Assembly (NCBI GenBank): GCA_035532075.1
Contig: DATKRV010000021.1
Location: 1,887-65,886, forward strand
Direction of reading: 5' to 3'
Origin: Acidimicrobiales bacterium
Lineage (GTDB): Bacteria; Actinomycetota; Acidimicrobiia; Acidimicrobiales; Bog-793
DNA length: 64,000 nt
The notes below the pieces were generated by a model. The model saw only the letters and a list, made by a program, of their open reading frames with translations. It searched no databases and was not told the origin of the DNA. Of the stretch, positions 1 through 9,799 are shown piece by piece; positions within the stretch are counted from its first letter, which is position 1, and each line of letters begins with the position of its first letter. The position numbers were made by a program, and so were the translations under genes.

Positions 1-448
1 AGAAGACCGCATTGCGATCCGCGGGCCTTTTAGCGCAGTCAGCAATGAGCGGCTGTTCAGCCGGATAAAAGGCCCCATATCCGCCCGCGCTTCCAGCACC
101 TCCGCCCTTTCCCATCGACGAGATCGCCGCCATCGCCGCTAACAGCCAGTAGTTATTGGTGAATACAAATCCCGCGCTTCCAAGGCATCCGAGGATGGCG
201 ACGACCAGGAGCAGCCTTTTCCTTCCCAATCGATCTGCGAGGACTCCGACACCGAGCACCATGATCGCCGATCCGAAGGCCCCCAACGAGAGCAGCAGAC
301 CAACTCGCGAGGCGCTGTCGCCCAACTTCGCGAGTTCGAGCGGTATCGCGACCACCATCAGAGCCTGCGCAAGGCTCCTGAGGGCCCGGGTGACCAGTAG
401 CCAGATGAGATTTGGCCCCCACCAAGTGGGCAACCGTCCCCTCTTCAT
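1..448 (-). CDS. MFS-type transporter, N-terminal part (gene continues beyond window start)
   Basis: Absent from the ORF track because it runs off the edge. My translation from ATG at 448-446 reads MKRGRLPTWWGPNLIWLLVTRALRSLAQALMVVAIPLELAKLGDSASRVGLLLSLGAFGSAIMVLGVGVLADRLGRKRLLLVVAILG... It shows hydrophobic helices and the MFS loop signature G-x-L-A-D-R-x-G-R-K-R. The frame stays open upstream to 1009, but that Cys/Ser/Trp-rich stretch does not look coding. Confidence 0.7.
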   Translation of the reverse strand, partial: MKRGRLPTWWGPNLIWLLVTRALRSLAQALMVVAIPLELAKLGDSASRVGLLLSLGAFGSAIMVLGVGVLADRLGRKRLLLVVAILGCLGSAGFVFTNNYWLLAAMAAISSMGKGGGAGSAGGYGAFYPAEQPLIADCAKRPADRNAVF

Positions 449-1524
449 CGAGATCACGCCGCCCCGAATGCTTTGCATAAAATCATCGACCGCGGGCGTC
501 GAACGGAAGGCGGCCGAAGAATCACGTCGCGATTGCGCACAAAAAGACCCTACTGTTGCCTCGTGCGAAAGCCAACCCTGCACAGCATCGATGGACGAAT
601 GCGACGAAACGACAAAACGCACCAGAGCGAACTTCCAGCAAGATCCGTCACGATATCTAAGCGTTCCTCGGACTCCATAGAAGAAAACATTGATGGTCCC
701 GAAATGCGAGGACGACTTGAGGCAAGGGCGTTTTGAGCCTTGGATGAAGTGCACCGACCCAAAGACGGGGACAAGGGTGCACTGCTGTCGGCCAGAGGGA
801 CCGGTCGCGAAGGTCGCGTGCCCGCTGACGCCTTCGTCACTTCTCCCCACCAATGCCATTCCATTGCAAAATCCTCCGCCTGAGGGCCAGCGCGGCGCGT
901 GCTGCTCGCAGACTTCGATCTCCGTCCGATGGAGAGACGATGCCAAATATGAGCAGGAGCTTTGCTTTAGCCCTCCCGAGTGGAGAGCGCTCCACGAAAT
1001 GCTCCGCAATCATGTCGAGGGCCGCTACGGAACCAGTAAGGACTCTCATGAATCTGGGTTCGAAAAGATTGACCGGCGTCGTACGCGTGGTCAGGGGCCA
1101 ACCAATTTCCTTTTGGCCGTTTTCTTTGCCGGGCAGAGCATGCCTATTATCGACAACCTTTGGGCAAACACGGCACAGGGAACGCTCGGCCACGTTGCAG
1201 GTTCTGGCAGACCGAGACGGCTTTCGTCGGGCGACCCGTCAGGCGACTAGAAAGCGGCACAGAACTCAATTTCGGATTCGACACAGGGTTGAGCGCGTCT
1301 GAAGATGGGGCGATCGCCCCTCAGGAAGCTTTCAAACTCAGCTGATCGCCTCCGATCTTCTCCTGATCCGCGATGCAGTTTTTCCAATCGATGCATACGC
1401 AGCTCAGGCGCTGATTTGGACGAGAGGATCCGTTACGATCCGCACCGTCCCGTTTCAATAGGGGTCATCGGATTTCAACGGGGGGTTGCCGACGCTCGCA
1501 AGTGAGTATCGCCGTCAACGGAGT

Positions 1525-1548
1525 TGCCCCCGGCAGTGCCCCCGGCAG
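1525..1548. repeat. Tandem duplication (2 x 12 nt, tgcccccggcag) covering the 3' end of tRNA-Arg
   Basis: Read directly: gagt-tgcccccggcag-tgcccccggcag-ga. The second copy (1537-1548) is the tRNA acceptor/T-stem 3' end. The first copy (1525-1536) lies immediately downstream of the tRNA. Confidence 0.85.
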
Positions 1549-1608
1549 GATTCGAACCTGCGCTCCCGCCTCCGGAGGGCGGTGCTCTATCCCCTGAGCT
1601 ACGAGGGC
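1537..1608 (-). tRNA. tRNA-Arg (anticodon CCG)
   Basis: The reverse complement GCCCTCGTAGCTCAGGGGATAGAGCACCGCCCTCCGGAGGCGGGAGCGCAGGTTCGAATCCTGCCGGGGGCA folds as a cloverleaf. Acceptor is GCCCTCG/CGGGGGC, D-arm GCTC..GAGC, anticodon stem CCGCC/GGCGG with loop CU-CCG-GA, and T-arm GCAGG-TTCGAAT-CCTGC. CCA is not encoded. Confidence 0.9.
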
Positions 1609-1705
1609 AAATCCTGACGAACGTATCCGTCTTGTCTTTCGATAGAGATGGTGTCCGACCTGAGTATCTCCGGTTGTATGGTAGTCGCCCACCTACCATC
1701 CTTAT

Positions 1706-3322
1706 GTGGCCATGACTATCGCCGACGTCCTCGCAACCGAAATCTCCCATGTCCTCGGTGAACTCGGGGCGCCGCTCAACGCGAATGAGATCCACCTTGA
1801 GCGCCCGGCGCGCCTTGAACACGGCGATCTTTCGACAAATGTCGCTCTTGCGCTTGCAAAGCGAGTCGGCACTTCGCCGCGTGAGTTCGCTAGCAGGATC
1901 GGTAGTGCGCTTGAGGCGAGGACGATCGAGCACGTTGATGCGATCGAGATCGCCGGTCCCGGATTTGTGAACTTTCGTCTGCGCAGCTCTTGGCTCCATG
2001 CGGTGCTGGTCCAGGTTGTCACGGAGGGGATTGACAACTATGCACGGCTTGATCTCGGCAGTGGAGAGCGCGTTCAGGTCGAATTCGTCTCGGCAAACCC
2101 GACTGGGCCGTTGCATGTTGGAAACGGATGGCTCGGCTCGTACGGTGACGCTCTGTCGCGCGTGCTCCGGCGCTGTGGCTGGCAGGTGTCGACTGAGTAC
2201 TACGTCAATGACACGGGGAACCAGATCCGCATGCTCGGCGAGAGTGTGTTGGCGCGTCGCTCAGGATCGGAAATTCCCGAGCAGGGATACCAGGGTGCCT
2301 ATGTCGCCGATCTTGGCTTCGCATATAACGGTCCGGACGAAGTCATTGCGGCCGGTCGTTACGCAGCGGAGGAGATTCTCAAATCGATCCGCATGACGCT
2401 CGATCGGCTTGGAATTGTCTTTGACGAGTGGTACAGCCAGGCTTCGATTGAAGAGAGCGGCAAAGTTGCCGAGACCGTTGCGTTGATGCGTGAACGCAAT
2501 CTTGTCTACGAGGAGGGCGACGCGGTATGGCTTCGATCCACCGATCTCGGGGACCCGCGCGATCGGGTTCTCATCAAGGCAAACGGTGATGCAACCTATC
2601 TTGCCGGAGACCTTGCGTACCACCGGGACAAGTTTCTTGTGCGCGGGTTCGATCGCGTCATCGATGTGTTTGGTGCCGATCACCATGGACAAGTCGCAAG
2701 CCTCGAAGCCGGTGTAGAGGCGCTTGGCATCGACCGGACGCGACTTGAGGTCAAGCTTGGTCAGCTCGTCTCGCTGGTGAGCGGTCGGATGTCAAAGCGC
2801 TCGGGCAACTACGTGCGCCTCGACGAATTGATCGACGAAATCGGTCCCGATGCAACGCGTCTGATGTCATTGATGAGTTCGATCGACCAGGCGTCGACGC
2901 TCGATCTCGATGCCGTGACGGCAAGGTCAATGGAGAACCCGGTGTTCTATGTGCAATACGCCTACGCGCGTATCTCTTCGATCGGACGCGTCGTGCATGA
3001 GCGGGGCATTGTCCGCTCTTCGCTTGATACAGCCGATCTCTCCCTCTTGGCGCACACGCGTGAACTCGATCTACTGCGTACTCTCTATACGCTGCCATCT
3101 GTGCTGCGCGAGGCGGCCGTGGAGCGCGCGCCATACAAGGTGACCAACTTTGCCCGCGCGCTCGCTGGGGAGTTCCACGGCTTTTATCATGACTGTCGCG
3201 TGCTCGGTGACGGTGTGAGTGCACCAGAGACTCAGGCGCGTCTCTGGCTTGTCGAGGCGACACGCATTGGACTGTCGATAGCGCTCGGCCTGCTCGGTGT
3301 GAGTGCGCCAGAGAAGATGTGA
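1706..3322 (+). CDS. argS: Arginyl-tRNA synthetase
   Basis: 538-aa ORF with a class I HIGH-type motif (ANPTGPLHVGNG), a KMSKS-like motif (GRMSKRSGN) and the typical ArgRS C-terminal anticodon-binding region ending ...GVSAPEKM. Confidence 0.96.
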   Translation: MAMTIADVLATEISHVLGELGAPLNANEIHLERPARLEHGDLSTNVALALAKRVGTSPREFASRIGSALEARTIEHVDAIEIAGPGFVNFRLRSSWLHAVLVQVVTEGIDNYARLDLGSGERVQVEFVSANPTGPLHVGNGWLGSYGDALSRVLRRCGWQVSTEYYVNDTGNQIRMLGESVLARRSGSEIPEQGYQGAYVADLGFAYNGPDEVIAAGRYAAEEILKSIRMTLDRLGIVFDEWYSQASIEESGKVAETVALMRERNLVYEEGDAVWLRSTDLGDPRDRVLIKANGDATYLAGDLAYHRDKFLVRGFDRVIDVFGADHHGQVASLEAGVEALGIDRTRLEVKLGQLVSLVSGRMSKRSGNYVRLDELIDEIGPDATRLMSLMSSIDQASTLDLDAVTARSMENPVFYVQYAYARISSIGRVVHERGIVRSSLDTADLSLLAHTRELDLLRTLYTLPSVLREAAVERAPYKVTNFARALAGEFHGFYHDCRVLGDGVSAPETQARLWLVEATRIGLSIALGLLGVSAPEKM

Positions 3323-3331
3323 GGTCGCCCG

Positions 3332-4636
3332 ATGACAAGTTGGTCGAATCGCCAGAGCTCCCCGAGTGAGGAGGGAATCGGAGCACACCTCCTTCCAGTC
3401 TCCGCGTATTCGCAAGAGGGCGGGCATCTTGTCGTTGCGGGAGTCCGTGTCGAGGACATTGCCGCGGAGTTCGACACACCATTTTTTCTCTACGACGAGG
3501 AGCACCTGCGCGAGCGCTGTCGAGAGATTGTCGCAGCATTTGGCAGAGGTGCAGCGTTTGCAACCAAATCCTTTCTCACCAAGGCAATGGCTCTTATCGC
3601 GTTCGAAGAGGGAATGTCTCTCGATGTCTCGACCGGTGGTGAACTCGCTGTGGTGCTCGCAGCCGGGGTTCCGGCAACGCACATTGTCTTTCACGGCAAC
3701 AACAAGTCTCGCGTCGAACTTGAAACTGCAGTTTCCGCTGGCGTTGGACGCATCGTCGTGGATTCATTTGACGAGATCGAACGACTCATTGCTATCGATG
3801 AGATCGGTGAGATGCGGATCTCGATCCGGGTCAATCCCGGTGTCGAGGCACACACCCATGAGTACATCATGACGGGACAGGAGGACTCGAAGTTCGGTTT
3901 CTCCCTCGGCGCGGGCGTGGCGGACCACGCAATCGAGAGGTTACGCGCTCATTTTGGCGAGCGCGTCGACGGCGTGCATGCGCACATCGGAAGTCAGATC
4001 GTCGAATTTGAAGGTTTCGCTCTTGAGGTCGAATTGCTCGCGCCCTTTGTCGAACGTCATGAGCTGAGCGAATTTGTGGTCGGCGGCGGTCTCGGAGTTG
4101 CCTATTGCAATGATGAGGTCGTACCTTCGCTTACGAGCTGGGCAGAAGATATTCGGGCCCACTGTGCGAGAGCTGGCATTGCGAGTGGGGTGGCACTTGG
4201 TGTCGAGCCAGGTCGCGCGATTGTCGCAACTGCCGGCATGACCTGTTATCGCATCGGCACGATCAAGGAGATAGTAGGGGTACGCACCTATGTCGCGGTC
4301 GATGGGGGGATGAGTGACAATCCTCGTCCGGTGCTCTATGGCAGTGGCTATGAGGCCTTTCTCGCGCGTGATATCCACGCGCCGCGCCAAAAGGCGGTGC
4401 GCGTCGTTGGGAGGCACTGCGAATCTGGCGATGTGATCGTGTTTGACGGTCGACTCCCAGTTGACACTGTCGTTGGCGATCTTCTCATCACGCCGGTGAC
4501 GGGTGCCTATGGCTTTTCGATGGCCTCGAACTACAATCGGGTGTGCCGCCCGCCGGTGCTGTTCGTCGCCGACGGGGAGGTCAAAGTCGTTGTCCGGCGC
4601 GAGACGATTGAGGATCTTCTCCGTCTCGAGCCGTAG
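3332..4636 (+). CDS. lysA: Diaminopimelate decarboxylase
   Basis: 434-aa ORF with a PLP-dependent Orn/DAP/Arg decarboxylase layout (FDTPFFLYDE..., AFATKSF with PLP Lys, GGGLGV, CESGD). The position argS-lysA-hom-thrC is the classical actinobacterial order. The true start may lie a few codons downstream. Confidence 0.92.
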   Translation: MTSWSNRQSSPSEEGIGAHLLPVSAYSQEGGHLVVAGVRVEDIAAEFDTPFFLYDEEHLRERCREIVAAFGRGAAFATKSFLTKAMALIAFEEGMSLDVSTGGELAVVLAAGVPATHIVFHGNNKSRVELETAVSAGVGRIVVDSFDEIERLIAIDEIGEMRISIRVNPGVEAHTHEYIMTGQEDSKFGFSLGAGVADHAIERLRAHFGERVDGVHAHIGSQIVEFEGFALEVELLAPFVERHELSEFVVGGGLGVAYCNDEVVPSLTSWAEDIRAHCARAGIASGVALGVEPGRAIVATAGMTCYRIGTIKEIVGVRTYVAVDGGMSDNPRPVLYGSGYEAFLARDIHAPRQKAVRVVGRHCESGDVIVFDGRLPVDTVVGDLLITPVTGAYGFSMASNYNRVCRPPVLFVADGEVKVVVRRETIEDLLRLEP

Positions 4637-4883
4637 TCGACCGGCGTCGGCGCAGCACGGTTGAGGAGGACGAGCATGACCCCAAGCGACCTCGGCATGC
4701 ACTGAGCGGGTCGTGGGGAGTCGAGACTCTCTGCGTGATTCGGGTCGAACGAGAGGTCCGCGATTCGTCGGTTGGGCACCGAGCCGATCAATGGCTCGGT
4801 CAGCGGGTATCGGTCGCGCCCGTGTAACGAAGCAGTGTTCGGTCCGGTCAACAGTCGCCTTGTCGATTGGTTAGCGTGGAGGG

Positions 4884-6221
4884 ATGACGGGAGCCGGTGC
4901 AGACATGCAAGAGGACCAGCTAAGGACTGTGCGCGTCGGTCTTCTCGGCTGTGGCAATGTCGGTGATGCACTCGTGTCGCTGGTCGACGCCGAGGCCGAT
5001 GCCATCGCGAAGCGTTCGGGAGTACATCTTGCGATTACCCGGATCGCGGTGCGCGACCTGCACAAGAAGAGGGCCTCGTCCGGCCTTCGGGATCGTCTGA
5101 CCAAAGATGCGCTCGACGTCGTTCAAGATCCCGATATCGACCTCATCGTCGAACTCATCGGTGGCATAGAGCCTGCGCAGTCATTGATAGAGGCGGCACT
5201 GCGCGGAGGCAAGTCTGTCGTGAGTGCGAACAAGGAACTCCTTGCGACACACGGCGCTCACCTGCACGATCTTGCCGCCAAAGCCGGGAGGGACCTTCTC
5301 TATGAGGCCTCGGTTGGAGGGGCCATCCCACTTGTGCGCGCGCTCTCGGTCTCGCTCGCGGGAGAGCGGGTCAACCGCGTGTTGGGCATCGTGAACGGGA
5401 CGACGAATTTCATCTTGACGCGAATGGCCGAAACACACGAGGCCTACGAAGCCGCGCTCGCCGAGGCGATCCGTCTCGGCTATGCCGAATCCGACCCAAC
5501 TGCTGATGTCGAGGGACATGACGCGGCCGCAAAGACGGCGATCATTGCGAGTATCGCGTTCAATGCTGACGTCTCGGTGGACGACGTCTATCGGCAGGGC
5601 ATTACCGATATCGATCTCGCGGACATTGAATTCGCGCAGCGACGCGGATATGCGATCAAGCTTCTCGCGCTCGCGGAGCGTGAAGGAGACGGAGCGCAAG
5701 AGTCGATCGCGGTACGCGTCCATCCTGCAATGATCAGTAACGAACATCCGCTCGCATCGGTGCACGGGCCTTTCAATGCAATCTTCGTTGAGGGTGAGCA
5801 CGCCGGTGAGTTGATGCTCTATGGACGTGGAGCTGGAGGACAGCCGAGCGCGAGCGCGGTCCTCGGTGATCTCATCGATGCCGCCCGCGGACTCCAGCGC
5901 GCGACAACCTTTCTGCACCCGGTTCGACGACATGTCCGGTTCCGCTCGATGGCACAGTTGCATTCGACCTACTGCATCACGCTCGAAGTTGTCGACCGTC
6001 CGGGCGTGATGGCTGCGGTCGCCGAGATCTTCGGTCGACATGGTGTTTCCATTCGCTCGATGGAACAGGTCGGCCTGGCCTCTGAGGCCCGAATGATCTT
6101 CATCACCCATCTCGCGCTCGAATCCGATGTCCAGACGACGCTTCAGGACTTGAAGATGCTCGATTCGGTTATCCGTATCGGTGGACTCGTGCGGGTGATT
6201 GGAGACGGGGATGACGCGTGA
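4884..6221 (+). CDS. hom: Homoserine dehydrogenase
   Basis: 445-aa ORF with an N-terminal NAD(P) fold ([10 protein letters not shown]), a catalytic domain ([24 protein letters not shown]) and a C-terminal ACT domain. An alternative start is ATG 4905. Confidence 0.93.
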   Translation: MTGAGADMQEDQLRTVRVGLLGCGNVGDALVSLVDAEADAIAKRSGVHLAITRIAVRDLHKKRASSGLRDRLTKDALDVVQDPDIDLIVELIGGIEPAQSLIEAALRGGKSVVSANKELLATHGAHLHDLAAKAGRDLLYEASVGGAIPLVRALSVSLAGERVNRVLGIVNGTTNFILTRMAETHEAYEAALAEAIRLGYAESDPTADVEGHDAAAKTAIIASIAFNADVSVDDVYRQGITDIDLADIEFAQRRGYAIKLLALAEREGDGAQESIAVRVHPAMISNEHPLASVHGPFNAIFVEGEHAGELMLYGRGAGGQPSASAVLGDLIDAARGLQRATTFLHPVRRHVRFRSMAQLHSTYCITLEVVDRPGVMAAVAEIFGRHGVSIRSMEQVGLASEARMIFITHLALESDVQTTLQDLKMLDSVIRIGGLVRVIGDGDDA

Positions 6222-7305
6222 CGAGCGTACCGTGAGCGGATTCGTCGGGTCCAGTGACGGCCGAGCGTGGGAGGGAATCATTCGCCGCTACCGGGAGTTT
6301 CTTCCGGTGAGTGACGTGACCCCGATCATCACCTTGCACGAGGGCAATACGCCGCTGCTGCCCGCGCCAAGACTCAGCGAACGAGTGGGAGCCGAGGTCT
6401 TCTTAAAGGTTGAGGGGGCCAATCCCACCGGATCGTTCAAGGATCGCGGGATGACCGTTGCGATCTCCAAGGCCGCCGAGGCTGGGGCACGCGCCGTGGT
6501 CTGCGCGTCGACCGGCAATACCTCAGCCTCTGCGGCTGCCTACGCGGCGAGGGCGGGCATGAGTTGTGCGGTGGTTATCCCCGAAGGTCATATCGCGCTC
6601 GGCAAGCTGGCCCAGGCACTTGTGCACGGGGCACGTGTCGTCCAGGTCCGGGGCAATTTCGACGCTGCGCTCGACATCGTGCGTGAACTGCCGTCGCGTG
6701 CTCCGATCGTCGTCGTCAATTCGATCAACCCGTACCGTATCGAGGGACAGAAAACCGGCGCGTACGAGGTCATCGACGCTCTCGGTGACGCCCCCGATAT
6801 GCATTGCATTCCGGTCGGGAACGCAGGCAACATCATGGCCTACTGGATGGGGTATCGCGACTATTACGCCGCGAATCTTTCGACGAAGCTGCCGATGATG
6901 CTGGGATTCCAGGCTGAGGGTGCGGCACCGATCGTGCTCGGACATCCGGTCGAGTCTCCTGAGACGATCGCGACTGCGATCCGGATCGGCAATCCCGCCT
7001 CTTGGGGCGGAGCGGTCGAGGCTGCGCGCGATTCGGGTGGACAGATCCGCGCGGTGAGCGACGAGGAGATCCTCGATGCGTATCGAATTCTCGCGGTCGA
7101 GGAGTCGGTCTTTTGCGAGGCCGCCTCCGCGGCAAGCGTCGCCGGCCTAATTAAGTTCGGCGTGCCAAAGGACTCGCGTGTCGTCTGCATCCTGACCGGA
7201 CACGGACTCAAAGATCCTGACCTCGCGATCAGCCAGGCGGTCGTTCCTGTTACTGTCGAAGCCACGCTCGATGCGGTACTTGCAACCCTTGATCTGGTGA
7301 AATAG
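6211..7305 (+). CDS. thrC: Threonine synthase
   Basis: PLP-lysine motif [10 protein letters not shown] and the [11 protein letters not shown] and TGHGLKDP motifs. The ORF track opens at TTG 6199. I prefer ATG 6211, which overlaps the hom stop. Confidence 0.93.
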   Translation: MTRDERTVSGFVGSSDGRAWEGIIRRYREFLPVSDVTPIITLHEGNTPLLPAPRLSERVGAEVFLKVEGANPTGSFKDRGMTVAISKAAEAGARAVVCASTGNTSASAAAYAARAGMSCAVVIPEGHIALGKLAQALVHGARVVQVRGNFDAALDIVRELPSRAPIVVVNSINPYRIEGQKTGAYEVIDALGDAPDMHCIPVGNAGNIMAYWMGYRDYYAANLSTKLPMMLGFQAEGAAPIVLGHPVESPETIATAIRIGNPASWGGAVEAARDSGGQIRAVSDEEILDAYRILAVEESVFCEAASAASVAGLIKFGVPKDSRVVCILTGHGLKDPDLAISQAVVPVTVEATLDAVLATLDLVK

Positions 7306-7690
7306 CTGCGTCAATCACCAGTTCGAGAGCGCATTTCGCCCTCTTGCGAGCCCGCTGATTGCTCCGCGCGCGAATCGGCGTTAGAGTGGGGGTGCAGGCC
7401 TTCCTGCCGAGTGTGGTGTCACCGACGTGACCAACGCTCGTCTGGCGAAGCTTGGGTAACAGATACCCGGGGTCGCACCTCGCAATCTCCCGGTACACCG
7501 CTTCCTTTTTGAGTCCTACTGACAGGCGGCGGTCTGCTTGAGGTATTGCCCGGTATTTCGTCTCTGAAGAGGGCACTTTGACACCGTGCAGGCTCCAGAG
7601 GAGTGGCGGGCGGCCATCTTTGGAGTCGATGCGAACTCAAACATCCGATGTTCACCCTGAACATCAACAACAAGACCAGGAGCACAATCG
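7306..7690 (+). promoter_or_regulatory. Long untranslated region upstream of rho (possible autoregulatory leader)
   Basis: 385 bp with no convincing ORF. The last ~60 nt before the rho ATG are C/A-rich and G-poor (caaacatccgatgttcaccctgaacatcaacaacaagaccaggagcacaatc), which is rut-like. Confidence 0.3.
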
Positions 7691-9454
7691 ATGGCTGGAG
7701 CAGGTTCACCACGCTCAGTACTCGAAGGCAAAGAGCGGTCGGAGCTTGCTGTCATGGCAGCTGCGCTCGACCTCAGTGTCGCACCACGAGCAAAGAAATC
7801 AGACGTCATTGACGCGATCTTGCAAAAGACCGGCGCGGGTGACGAGAATGCGCCGATCAAGCGCGGACCGGGGCGTCCACGAAAGATCGTGATCGAGCCC
7901 GCCGGCCAAGACGCGGAGCGTTCGTCGTTGTCAGCTGATGAGCAGCCCATTAGGCGTGCGCCGGGGCGTCCACGAAAGACGACCGAAGCGGCCGATCAGT
8001 CATCTGTTGCCGAGCCAGAGACCACCTTCCACGCGACTCCGGTCCTCGAGGGCGCACCGAGCGGGAACGGCGAGGTCGCACGTACGAGCTATGTGCCCAG
8101 CCAGCCGGCGGCCCGTCGAGAGAACGATGGATCTGCGCCACGTCCCCAGGGCCAGAGCCAGGGCCACCAGGATCGCAACTCGACCAGCCGCGACCAGAAC
8201 CGCGATCCCAACGAACTTGGAAATCGCAGGGGCAGGCGACGCGGCCGCGGCCGTGACCGAGAGCGCGAGCAGGGTCCGAACGGCGTCGAGCAGAGCCCGA
8301 ACTACCAGGGCGAGCTCGTCAGCGTGAAGGGTCTGCTCGACCTTCGTGAAGAGGGTTACGGGTTCTTGCGCACGAGCGGTTACCTGCCGAGTCCAAAAGA
8401 CGTCTACGTCTCGGTCGGTCTCGTGCGGCGCTTCTCGCTGAGAAAGGGTGACGCAATCGAGGGGGCCTGTCGGGCAGCCTCCTCGAGCGAGAAGTACCCC
8501 GCGTTGATCCGGATCGACGCAGTCTCTGGACACGACCCCGAAGAGGCAAAGAACCGGTTGAAGTTCGAAGACCTCACCCCGCTCTTCCCCGATTCTCAGC
8601 TGCGTCTTGAGACTGGAGACGATCCGAACAACCTCACCGCGCGTATCGTCGACCTGATCTCACCGATCGGAAAGGGCCAGCGTGGTCTGATCGTCTCTCC
8701 GCCAAAGGCGGGAAAGACAACGATCATGAAGCAGATCGCCCATTCCATCGAGGCAAACAACCCCGAGGTTCATCTCATCGTGCTGCTCGTCGACGAGCGC
8801 CCTGAAGAGGTTACCGACATGCGCCGCTCGGTCAAGGGAGAGGTCATCGCCTCAACCTTCGATCGCCCTGCGGAGGAGCACACCTCGGTTGCCGAATTGA
8901 CGATCGAGCGGGCCAAGCGTCTTGTCGAACAGGGCAAGGATGTCGTCATCATCCTTGATGGAATCACCCGTCTCGCACGCGCCTACAACCTCGCACAACC
9001 CGCGAGTGGTCGAGTCATGTCGGGTGGTGTCGACTCGGGCGCGCTCTATCCTCCGAAGAAGTTCTTCGGTGCGGCGCGAAATATCGAAGAGGGTGGTTCA
9101 CTGACCATTCTCGCGACCGCGCTCGTGGAGACGGGCTCTCGCATGGACGAGGTCATCTTCGAAGAGTTCAAGGGTACGGGAAACCTTGAGCTGCGACTTG
9201 ACCGCCGTCTCGCAGAGCGCCGCCTCTACCCAGCGATCGATGTCAACGGGAGTTCGACGCGTCATGAGGAACTGCTCTTCCCACGTTCAGAGCTCCAGCA
9301 GGTCTGGAAGCTGCGCCGCGTGCTCAACGCACTCGACTCGGGAGGCGGAAATCCCGCAGCTGGGCTCGAACTCCTCATGGATAAATTGCGCACGACGAAA
9401 TCAAACCAGGAGTTCCTTGCAGAGATTGCAAAGGCCCCGACGGCAACGGCGTAG
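7691..9454 (+). CDS. rho: Transcription termination factor Rho with ~155-aa N-terminal insertion domain
   Basis: 587 aa. It has a Rho_N helix bundle ([12 protein letters not shown]...SDVIDAILQ), then a disordered R/G/Q/N/D-rich insert (aa ~50-205). After that come the OB/CSD region ([14 protein letters not shown]), Walker A (PPKAGKTT) and the conserved C-terminal ATPase. Confidence 0.97.
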   Translation: MAGAGSPRSVLEGKERSELAVMAAALDLSVAPRAKKSDVIDAILQKTGAGDENAPIKRGPGRPRKIVIEPAGQDAERSSLSADEQPIRRAPGRPRKTTEAADQSSVAEPETTFHATPVLEGAPSGNGEVARTSYVPSQPAARRENDGSAPRPQGQSQGHQDRNSTSRDQNRDPNELGNRRGRRRGRGRDREREQGPNGVEQSPNYQGELVSVKGLLDLREEGYGFLRTSGYLPSPKDVYVSVGLVRRFSLRKGDAIEGACRAASSSEKYPALIRIDAVSGHDPEEAKNRLKFEDLTPLFPDSQLRLETGDDPNNLTARIVDLISPIGKGQRGLIVSPPKAGKTTIMKQIAHSIEANNPEVHLIVLLVDERPEEVTDMRRSVKGEVIASTFDRPAEEHTSVAELTIERAKRLVEQGKDVVIILDGITRLARAYNLAQPASGRVMSGGVDSGALYPPKKFFGAARNIEEGGSLTILATALVETGSRMDEVIFEEFKGTGNLELRLDRRLAERRLYPAIDVNGSSTRHEELLFPRSELQQVWKLRRVLNALDSGGGNPAAGLELLMDKLRTTKSNQEFLAEIAKAPTATA

Positions 9455-9541
9455 TCATCAACGGCTCGAACAACGGGGCGTCGGTCATCAGTTGGCACCC
9501 CCGTCTGGGAGAGTCCGTGTGGCGAGTAACATGGAGGAACC

Positions 9542-9754
9542 ATGAAAGCGCAAATTCATCCTGAGTATGTCACCGCAACGGTGAAATGTTCCTGCGGGAA
9601 CACCTTTGAGACGCGTTCGACCAAAGCTGAGATGCACGTTGAACTGTGCAACGAATGCCACCCCTTCTATACCGGCAAGCAAAAGCTCGTCGACACCGGA
9701 GGCCGAGTGGAGCGTTTCGAGCGCCGTTACGGCCAGCGCAAGACCAAGCGATAA
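9542..9754 (+). CDS. rpmE: Ribosomal protein L31 (Zn-ribbon type)
   Basis: 70 aa, MKAQIHPEY...CSCGN...[13 protein letters not shown], with the Cys pairs retained. Confidence 0.95.
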   Translation: MKAQIHPEYVTATVKCSCGNTFETRSTKAEMHVELCNECHPFYTGKQKLVDTGGRVERFERRYGQRKTKR

Positions 9755-9799
9755 CTCCTCCGAACTGGTCCAGACGGGCGCGCACCAGCCTGTGCAGGT

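Noticed and set aside
449-1302. ORFs 690-1250(+), 853-1302(+), 837-1193(-), 550-864(-), and the upstream in-frame extension of the MFS gene to 1009
   Set aside because: All overlap one another. Their products are Cys/Trp/Arg/Ser-rich, and I see no family resemblance, convincing RBS or clear codon bias favouring one frame. I left them uncalled rather than guess.
5181-6281. 366-aa minus-strand ORF
   Set aside because: It is antisense to hom, which is confidently identified. Shadow ORF.
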